DNA of 63,994 nt, filler included, from Reticulomyxa filosa (lineage: Eukaryota; Protista; Foraminifera), in NCBI GenBank assembly GCA_000512085.1. It is 24 parts of 24 records of this genome, joined end to end, with 100 filler letters (N's around TTAATTAATTAA, not from the genome) between each part and the next. Parts side by side here need not be neighbours in the genome. Positions count along the whole stretch, not along the records: positions 53,214 to 54,786 come from ASPP01023308.1; positions 54,887 to 57,064 come from ASPP01024639.1; positions 57,165 to 59,622 come from ASPP01008552.1; positions 59,723 to 62,597 come from ASPP01009145.1; positions 62,698 to 63,994 come from ASPP01024896.1; 19 more parts are not named here. The stretch is one strand, 5' to 3'. Each line of letters opens with the position of its first letter. The stretch's first letter is position 1. Below, piece after piece: positions 54,670 to 63,994 of the stretch. The translations under genes and the position numbers were made by a program. The notes beneath the pieces are model-generated. The model ran no database searches, was not told the DNA's origin, and saw only the letters and a program-made list of their open reading frames with translations.

Positions 54670-55533
54670 GAAAAAACAACATTCAGACCTAATTTTTTTT
54701 TTTAAATATCTACAAACCGTGTACTTTTTAAATATCATTTTTAATTTAGTTTTTTATTACATCTTTCCTAATTATTTCAATATTTTNNNNNNNNNNNNNN
54801 NNNNNNNNNNNNNNNNNNNNNNNNNNNNNNTTAATTAATTAANNNNNNNNNNNNNNNNNNNNNNNNNNNNNNNNNNNNNNNNNNNNCTATGGTGAGAGAC
54901 TTGGACAAAACTGGAGACGCCTTTTCAACTAAACTTAATTTAACAAAAAATACAAGTCAATCACAATTTGTTTGCGATTCTAATTTGTTATAATCTACTT
55001 CCAGACTTGTTGGCACTTCATGTTTTATTTCATTGCTAATTATTGTTTGAAAATTTCTCAAAGCTTTTTTGCGAACTGGAACTTTGAATTATAATTTCAA
55101 ATAACAAAAATAATTTTTTTTATTGAAAATATTTTTCAAGTTAAACAAAAAGTATATACAAGAAGTGTGAATAAAGTTCTTCTTGTTAGTCTGTATGTTT
55201 TATTGTTTATAATAGGATGGTACTTTCATACCTCCACAATATTATTTATTTATACTCAGGGATTCTCCTAAGCCATTATGCATTAGCAGAATCTTTTAAA
55301 ATAAATATAAAATATTATTTTTTTTATTTTTTTATATTTGTGAGGATGCATTATGTATTTCACATCATGATTGGTGAACTGCTGCATGTTTGTTTTTATT
55401 GTAGATATTGTGTCATTTTGACAAAAAATTAATTAATATTGGCAATTTGCAATCAAAATTTCAAAATTTACCAAAAAAAACAATATACCAAGTTATCATA
55501 AAAAAAAATTGAAATTTTTAAAAAATATAATAT

Positions 55534-56270
55534 TCACAACAAATAAAATGTTTTTTTTGTTTTGTGTGCACTATCTAGTAATTCTTTTAAATTGTCTTGA
55601 GTTAATGCGCTACATTTTATATATTTGACAGCACCGATATACTTTTTCAATTTTCCACCTATTTCATTTTGCAGGCATTTATGTTTAGTGTCGTTTCTTA
55701 AGTCTGCTTTTGTTCCAACTAAGATAATCGGCACTCCAGGTGCGTGGTGTGATACTTCCGGAACCCATTTTTCAGTTACATTACTATAACTATCTTCGCT
55801 TATCACGCTAAAGCATACCAAAAATACTTGCATTTGTGGATAATTTAATGGTCGCAATCGATCATAATCTTCTTTTAGTCCGGCTATGTTCAAGTGGTTT
55901 TTTTAATTATTATTATTAAAAGTTTTTGTTATTAAATTAAAAAAAAAGTATACGAGTCCTTTTTTTTGTTTGTTCTTGTATAATTTGTTTTTTTTTCGTG
56001 CCTATGTCCCATAAATCCAAATTGATTTGTTTATTATCGACCATTATTGTGATATTGTAATTGTTTAAAAAGGTCGGGATATAATCCTTTGGAAAATCAT
56101 TTATTATATAACTAATCATATTGCACTGTTGTTCATCTATTCCGTATATTCATGTTTCAGTCATTTTTTTTGTTATTTTTTGGTTCACTTCATCATTTTT
56201 TTTTTTTGATCAAACAACTTAACTGTTTTTCCGACTGCACAATCAACGACAATCACACGTTTTGTTTCTT
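55534..56270 (-). pseudogene. Degenerate Rho/Rac-family GTPase
   Basis: YIPT, LWD, EDYDRLRPLNYP, VFLVCFSV, KWVPEVSHHAPGVPIILVGTKADLR, CSALTQ; the P-loop reads VVDCAVGKT and the C-terminus FYLL lacks the CAAX Cys. Confidence 0.85.
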
Positions 56271-57164
56271 ACAATGATGTTTTGCGAGTTTACTAAACAC
56301 AACGTATAAAAACGTCACAAGATTATCTCAGTTTAAAAGGAAGAGAAAAAACATAGAAGCTAAACATATGCTTTGCTTGTCAATCAGCTCTAAGGAATTG
56401 ACAGGGAATCAACAGGTTCACCAGAAAAACAGTTTTTTTTTCGCACAAAAAAACCAGATTGAAAGCTTTTTTTCTTTTTTTCCCGAAAACCATAGTTTTG
56501 ATTTTTTTGCAAAAAAAAGAAAATAAAATTATGCATCACTAATCTATTTTTGATTGTCAAAGCAAGCGAGGAGACTTAAAAAAAAAAATTCAAGGGTCAA
56601 AAAAAATGACAACTCTCTAGTTCTCTTCGGCCAACCATATACTTTCCTTTGACTTTGCAGATTTTTTGCTAAAATGAATGTAAACCGAGACAAAGTTACG
56701 AAGAGATGAAACGTTTGTTTCAACCAGCGACCAAGCAACTCCAATTAACTCGGCAATAATCTCTCTTATTTTTTTAATAAAGACTAGAGCAAAATTTGGA
56801 ATGTATGTGGTTGTTATTCCATTTGATGTATGAGGGATTTGCCATCCTTTCTCTATTAGCACATTTTCTGTTTGCATTCATGTTGTAAATTTTTTGTAAT
56901 GATGAGCAATACAATAAATTGAATTACTTCACACAGAATATCGGTTCCGGTGAATGTAAATAATTGATTATCAATTTTGCAATTTAGCATTGCAATAGAA
57001 ATAAATTTTCTTTTAGGTGAGTTTGTGCAATGTCTTGCAATACTTTCTTTTGGGATATCATAACNNNNNNNNNNNNNNNNNNNNNNNNNNNNNNNNNNNN
57101 NNNNNNNNTTAATTAATTAANNNNNNNNNNNNNNNNNNNNNNNNNNNNNNNNNNNNNNNNNNNN

Positions 57165-58160
57165 TTGGCATTGGCATTGGCATTAGCATTGGAATGATCA
57201 GAGCAACAGTCATGCTTGGTATCGTTCACCATTGCAGAGGTGTTCACAGTGAGATGATAAGGCGAGTTGACAAGAGCAGCATCGGTTTTTTTGAGCAAGA
57301 AACTCTTATCCACGACACTAATGCTGCTTTCTTTCGTGGTGCTGAGCGAGTCTTCCACATGACCATGATGATGATGATGATGATGATGATGATGGTGATG
57401 ATGGTGATGACCATGGCCATGACTATGACTATGACCGTGACTATGACCGTGACCATGGCTGTGATCATGATTGTGGGAGTGGTAATGGCTTTGACTGCTA
57501 TAGTCACGACTCGACTCGTATTCATAGTCATGACTATGATTGTGACTATGACTATGACTATGGCCATTATTGTGATGGTGACATTGATCTGGATTCAAGT
57601 CGTGCCATCCAGTGTGCAATACTTCAAAGTTTTTATGTATTTGCTGATACAAAATAAACCACTTTTCCAAGTCGGTATGACTAATTGCAATTGCCATCTC
57701 CTGACGTGGGTGTTCCTTCTCTTTCCATTTCTTTTTGTCATGTCCTCGGTCTTTGTTTTCTTGTCCCCCTGCTTGCTTGTGCTTCTTCTCTTCTTCTTCC
57801 ATTTGCTCCTGCTGCTGCTTCAACTTCGACTCACATGCGTGAATTCGCTGATGCAGCGATCGCAAATGCTCTTCTCCTATTCTTTCAAACGGAATCGCTG
57901 GTGGAGGCTTGCTCGGTGGTGGCTTGCGATGCTGTCTTCCTTCTGCACCTTGTACTCGTCGTCGATTGTGCTGCAAGTTATATTCTAACTCCTTCAAGTC
58001 CCGCATCAGCTGCACTTGAATCTCATTCAATGCTATCGCCGTATTCCTTCGCAACGCTTGTGCTATGTCCGGGGACACTGCTCTTGGCGTTGCTGAAGGA
58101 GACACTGAAGACGCTGGGAAAGTGGTCTCATTTGCATTGAATCGAATATTTCTCTTCACA
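57165..58160 (-). CDS. His-rich coiled-coil hypothetical protein, partial
   Basis: 348-aa ORF with HGHSHSH and poly-His tracts. Confidence 0.6.
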
Positions 58161-58496
58161 AATCTTTATTTTTTTTTTTATTGTAATATATAATGTATTA
58201 TATTCCAATATTGCCTGAGGCCAGAAATTTTCCGCAAAGAAGGGGACAGAACTGACCAACGTGAGGTAAAAAGATGGAGTGATGTTGAGCACCTTACAAG
58301 TCTATAAGACGTTGAAATATAATAAAACTTTTTATAAGAGAAGTTCGCGTTTCTATATACAAAAAAACAAGGAAACAAAGCACGGATATGGATATTCATA
58401 TTGTTTATCCACCCGCCCTCCTTCAAAAAAAAATAATTTTTTTTTTTATTATGTATTTTTTTTTGGGTGACCTAATAAAGCTTTGACCCAAGCTAG

Positions 58497-59607
58497 ATGC
58501 ACTCTTCACAAACAACAAAGCGTCATAAACAACGTTCAATATCTCCACCTCGAAGGGGTCATGGCAACAAGTCAAATCCAACATTGCGCCCGCAAGTGGG
58601 AGGCTACGATAGCGCGACAAGTAGCCAAGGTCCGAGTCAAAGCCAAGCCCAGGCCCAAGGCGTGAGCATTCCAACAATGTTAGTTCCAGCCGCGCATGGG
58701 TCATCGACGTCGCAAGGCTATTTCGCGCCGCCGTCAGGAGGTTACCTTTGGGCCACACAAGGGCAGAGAGGGCATGCAATGTACGTACTTCCGAATCCCT
58801 ATTATCCAACCGTGGCAGCAACGCCGATGTTGAACAAGTTGGCAAGACAAGGACAACTTTCTCCAGACACTCAGCTTCAAATGCAATCTAAAACTCAAAC
58901 CCAAACTCAAACTCAACCCCCGTTCCAATCTCAGTCCCAACCTCAGTCTGGTCACCATCACAATCATCATCCTCATCATCACAATCATCACCATCACAAT
59001 CATCATCACAATCATCACCATCATCATCAGCATCAACATTATTCAAAAGACGTGCGGAACAACAATGGATAAGATTGTCGCACATCAAAATGATAATGAC
59101 AATGACAGTGAGGAGAAAAGGGACTATCATTTCAGTTCCCAAGAGGGGATGGACAGACAACAGGAAAGAGAGGAAGGTCAACACAGTGCTGAGAACCATG
59201 ACAACGATAATGATAATGATAATGATAACAACGACAATGGCAATACCAATAATGACAATAATGACAATAATGACAACAATGATAATGTCGACACGAGGAA
59301 AAGAGAAGACTATGAGAATATGCTGAATAGAGAAGATGATGAAGAGGAGGAAGACGATGAGGAAGCCGCAACGACCAATGATCTAAGAAGTGAGGCCGAT
59401 TTGCAAAATGAAATTGAAATTTTGCGCAACTATTACGAGAAAATGTCCCAAAAGTACTGCCAGAAATCCTTCAAATACGAACAAATGAAGTCGTGGAATC
59501 GAAAATTAATTACCGAAAGCAAACAATGGAAAGACAAGTATGCCAAATTGCAGCAGCAGTATTTTGCTTATCAAGAATTTGTTATCAATACGTATACTCA
59601 AACGTAA
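58497..59607 (+). CDS. Gln/His/Asn-rich low-complexity protein with a C-terminal coiled coil; frame change near 59065
   Basis: ORFs 58497-59072 and 59065-59607 overlap by 8 nt. Confidence 0.5.
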
Positions 59608-59759
59608 AAAAAAAAAAAAAAANNNNNNNNNNNNNNNNNNNNNNNNNNNNNNNNNNNNNNNNNNNNTTAATTAATTAANNNNNNNNNNNNNNNNNNNNNN
59701 NNNNNNNNNNNNNNNNNNNNNNAAAAAAAAAAAAAAAAAAAAAAAAAAGAAAATGATAG

Positions 59760-61929
59760 AGAAAGTGCAGAGGTTATACAAGGGCCGCGTACGACACGCT
59801 TGGGCAATGCAGGCATTGCAGGCAAAGAAAAAGATATAAAGGACACTGCGCTTAAGAAAGAGGTGATACAAAGCAAAGAGCACTGTGACAATGTGCTATC
59901 GGCGCCTCGCGCATTTAGCAATGACACATGCTTGACAGGTAATACTAGATCCATTGTATTTTGTTTTGTCAATTCAAATCCATGCCAAGTCAAATTGTTT
60001 TTGTTGTTGTGTTTAATGCAGTTGATATCATCCCTTGTCTTACCAATACAATACTTTTCTATTTTTTTATTTCGTTTGTGTGTGTGTGTATACGTTTTTA
60101 AACTTGACGTGTCTGTGGTGTGGAAAAAAAAAAAAAAAAAAAAGAAGGAGATCATTTACAACTATAAACCATGATATCAGTTCGATCCATCCCTTTTGGT
60201 CAGGTGGGGCTCACAAAGAACACGACATATCAATCGAAAAGACAAAGGCCTCGATCGGCTATGTGCTGAACCGCCAAGACACACACTCAGACGACGCGTC
60301 TTTTGGAAACGATGGAAAGGAAAAGGAAACGACCAAGATTGGACAACCACAATTGAGTGAGGAAACATGGGAGTCTGTATTTCCTGCGACGTTTGTGAAA
60401 TATTTGCCGACGACGATAGAGGGCGGAATGTTGAAATACATGACAGATACGCAAGCGCATGCCATTCCAGATTTGATAAGCAATACGTATAACCCATTGA
60501 AAGACACGTTTCATGTGATTGCAAGCCCTCCTGGAAGTGGCAAAACAACCATGGCGTTGATATTGGCTTTGTACGATTTGTACTCCAATCAAAAGCGATC
60601 GCGGCTCCACCAGTCTCGACTCACTCAAACAAATTCCCAAGACATGGAGTCCGGTCATAATCCATTGTCCAGTCACGACTGGAAAGCAACCAAAGACAAT
60701 CCTCCCGTATACATTTTCATCATGCTGCCCTCACGTTCGCTACGAATTCAACCTATTCTTGATGTTCAGTAATCCAAATAACCTTTATTTTAATATCTTT
60801 ATATATATATATATGTATATATATGTGTATATATTTGTGTAGACATTGAAAGACTAACTTAATCATATCTGTATTGGCTTGTTTGACAGTGGTTAAAAGA
60901 TGCTCATAACATCTGTGACTTTCAAGTGCACTGGGGAAATCGAAAACGAGCGTTTCCGGGATTGCAATATCTCCAAGAGGGATATCATTTGTTCATTGGA
61001 GCACCCGACATCTTTGATTCGTTTTTGTCGGATTGTGGCAGCTATGCACAATTGCTACAATATTTGCACGGTGTGATTATGTTGCAATCGGAAACTCTGT
61101 TTAACTTTGAACATACCAATTGTATTAGTGTATTACGGCAAGTCTTGGGTGCTCAACAAATCCCTGCTGTTATGCTAGGCGCCCATCATTCCAATCCACA
61201 ACAATGGGCTCATTTTGCACCAAAGATATTCTTATTCAGTGATTTTTGGAATAGTGATCTGGACAAGAGTCTCCACCAAATTGTTGGTGAAGAGGGGCGA
61301 ACGGAGCCTTGTATCCAAAACTTTTCCAAACAACAGTTTGCTCATTGGTATATCGAATGTGACAGTCAAGCCTGCAAATTTGCATTGTTGCGCCAATTTT
61401 TTGACTGTAATAAATTCAATAAAGCTCTCATTTTTGTTAAAATGAGTGATAAAGTTTTGTACTTTTATTTTTTTTTTTAATGTTTGTGTGAAACCTGTTT
61501 CGATCACAAATTCTGTGTGGATATACTATTTTTCTTTTTTAAAAAAAATAATAGGCACAATCATTACAGTCGGTAATGAATCAAGACGAATTGGTGATAT
61601 ATGATAGCGATCCCCAATCGCGTGGCAAGAAATCGATGTCGCAACTTCATGAGGAAAAAATCAAGGGTTTACTTTGTGCTGACAACCAAAACGATTTGCA
61701 CGATTTATGGAAATTACAATATAATGTGATTATCAACTATGATATTTGCAATCCTACTGCCTACATGAAGCGCGCAGCTAGTTGTGGAGTTGAAAACAAA
61801 GTTGTTCATGTTATCAGTTTTCTTGCCAAAGGCGATAATGAATTTCATGCATACAATTCGTTGTTGCACCATTTAAATATGGAGGGACACCTGTTGACAT
61901 TTAACAAAAATCAAACTGCTTCATCATAA
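59760..61929 (+). CDS. Divergent DEAD-box (eIF4A/DDX19-like fold) protein with degenerate catalytic motifs; multi-exon, 5' truncated
   Basis: Q-motif TDTQAHAIP, motif I SPPGSGKT, Ia IMLPSR, Ib IGAPD, IV KALIFVK and VIINYD occur in the correct order. Confidence 0.75.
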
Positions 61930-62697
61930 ATTTTCGCTGAGAAAGAGATTACATAGCCATTCTATTTTCAATTTTTTTAAAATTACGCTTCAAGAAGAAG
62001 AGAAAAAAAAAGGACATCAGCACTCGGTTGTATTTTTGTTTTATGCACTTCGATGACTTTGTCTTTGTGTTGCAACACTATTGAGTTTGTACCTTTTGTC
62101 CACAAACATTTTTTAATTATTATGATGGGCCATTCAACCCGATTTTTGTGTGCGGTGTTAAGGTAACACTAATCTATAAAAAACAAATTACAATGCCCGT
62201 CTTTGATTTTTTTATTTTTACTGAAACTCTCGAAGCAAATAAGTTTGTTTAACAACCTACAACTACATGACTGTTATTTAAGGTCGATATTTATTTCAAA
62301 ATTTGTGTAGATATATTGATACTTATAACCTTTTTAAGCCTAACAATGCAATGATAAATCTCATTGCAAATCACAAAATTCATAAAAAATAAAATCTTCA
62401 TGCAAACTAATGTGGAGAGTCTACTGTGAAGAGCTACACTAAATGTAATATGAAAAGGTTTTACTCGAATGAGAGTGACTTTCAGTAAAACAAAGTAAAT
62501 TAAATAATAAATCAAAATGACAAAAAGGAAAGTAAGGAAGTAAGAAGTAGTTGGTTGATGAAGTTTAACCCAAAGGGAGCTCCTCAGTTCCATAAGANNN
62601 NNNNNNNNNNNNNNNNNNNNNNNNNNNNNNNNNNNNNNNNNTTAATTAATTAANNNNNNNNNNNNNNNNNNNNNNNNNNNNNNNNNNNNNNNNNNNN

Positions 62698-63916
62698 CAA
62701 AAATAAAACGCCTCCTTCGTCGCACGCCGACTCAAACAAGGACAACGACAGCAAGGCGAAAAAAAAAATAGCAAAGCCAAACATAGTGATCAAAGTGACA
62801 ACGATAGTGATAAGCATAGTGACAAGGGCAACGACAACAATGAAGTCCACAGCAAAAGTAAAAGTAAAAGTAAAAGCAAAAGCAAAAGCAAAAGCAAGAA
62901 TAATGATGACAGTGATAAGAGTGACAAAGGCAAGAGCAAACGAAAAAAACAGCCAAAGAAGCAACAATCGAAAAAGCTTGACTCTGTCCCGATAAAAAAA
63001 AAAGCCAAAAAAGATGAAAAAGAAAAAGAAGGAGACGATGATGAAAAGGAAGAGGATGAGAAAAGCGACGAGAAAGCCAAGGAAAAAGATAACAACGACA
63101 AAGAAGAAGAGGAAGATAAAGATGAGGATGGGAATGTGGATAAAGATGAGGATGGGGATGAAGATAATAAAAATAAAGATAAAGAAAAAGAAAAAGATAA
63201 GGATAAGGATGAAGATGAAGACGAAGACGAAGATGAAGATAAAGACGAGGATAATGATAAAAACAAGGAAAAGGATAAGAACAAGAGTAAGAATAAGAAC
63301 AAGAACAAGAACAAAGACACCGACAAGGACACAAACAAAGACAAGGACGAACAAGACAACGATAACGATAATGATAATGATAACGATAACGACAACGACA
63401 ACGACAAAGACGAAGACGAAAGCGAAAATCGAAAAGAGAAATTGCACAAGGGCGAATCCAAAAAAAAAAAAAAAAAAAAAGCATTCCAAATCCAACAAGA
63501 GCTCGCAAAAGGCCAGTGAACACAGCCACAAAAATGACAGTCATGAGGACACGGACAACAGCACCAAGAAAAAATCCAAAAAAAACGCAAAGACATCCAA
63601 AAAGCAAAAGTCCAAACACAAAAGTGGCAAAGTGCAGCAAGACGACACATCGGAACCACAAAAACTCTCCGACAATGCGAGTTCCACAAATAAAAAAAAA
63701 AGAGATAAAAACGAACAAAAGAGATCAAGTGATGACAGTGACAAACACAAAGCATCTGAAAATAAAAATAAAGATGAAAACGAAAACGAAAATGAAAGTG
63801 AAAACGAAAATGAAAAAGGAAGCAATAAAGATCATAACAATACCAGCTCCAGTAAATCACATAAATTATCAGAACACGAAAAATCAAAAGAAAAAAAGGT
63901 TACGTCAAAACATTAA
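62698..63916 (+). CDS. Asp/Glu/Lys/Ser-rich low-complexity protein, C-terminal part; frameshifts at A-runs
   Basis: Purine-rich codon repeats (GAT/GAA/AAA/GAC) throughout; ends ...KVTSKH*. Confidence 0.55.
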
Positions 63917-63957
63917 CAAATCTTTTCGATCAATTACAATTGAATTGATGGTTATTG

Positions 63958-63994
<37 letters not shown>

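Noticed and set aside
57194-57988. Met/Thr-rich plus-strand ORF
   Set aside because: Antisense of the His-rich (CAT)n coding region
1397-62697. Regularly recurring TTAATTAATTAA flanked by Ns as a CRISPR-like or biological repeat
   Set aside because: It is an artificial six-frame-stop linker between contigs
62650-63887. Long hydrophobic or Ser/Leu-rich minus-strand ORFs as membrane proteins
   Set aside because: They are antisense shadows of purine-rich low-complexity coding sequence
1-63994. Reassigned stop codons (ciliate-type code), tRNA or rRNA genes
   Set aside because: Conserved genes (MDH, RidA, ABCC, WD40) read through without internal TAA/TAG, complete ones end at standard stops, and no tRNA or rRNA sequence was recognised

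Overview
This is AT-rich eukaryotic genomic DNA with GT-AG introns and the standard genetic code, and it is not one contiguous locus. It consists of 24 small contigs joined by an artificial 100-bp linker (N44-TTAATTAATTAA-N44, stops in all six frames), so neighbours across a linker are not evidence of linkage. The gene families (expanded RING/TRAF-WD40, NACHT-WD40, NACHT-HEAT, many pseudogenes, poly-A/T introns) resemble those of the foraminiferan Reticulomyxa filosa; this is inference. Recognisable genes are a cytosolic malate dehydrogenase with an N-terminal coiled-coil extension, a BTB protein, two inverted paralog pairs (RRM and WD40), an ABCC transporter, a BAG6-like protein, RidA with a PTS1, a degenerate Rho/Rac, and a DEAD-box-fold protein lacking its catalytic motifs. 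Mobile DNA includes a CRE-clade non-LTR retrotransposon RT, a candidate solo LTR and two candidate Tc1/mariner(pogo)-type ends. The most interesting item is a large NLR-like gene (~28992-34951, minus strand). In it a RelA/SpoT-like (alarmone-synthetase/nucleotidyltransferase) domain sits N-terminal to a NACHT NTPase, pentapeptide repeats and about 15 WD40 repeats. This is a candidate protist immune receptor with a nucleotide-signal or toxin output. All annotations come from reading motifs by eye; no searches were run.
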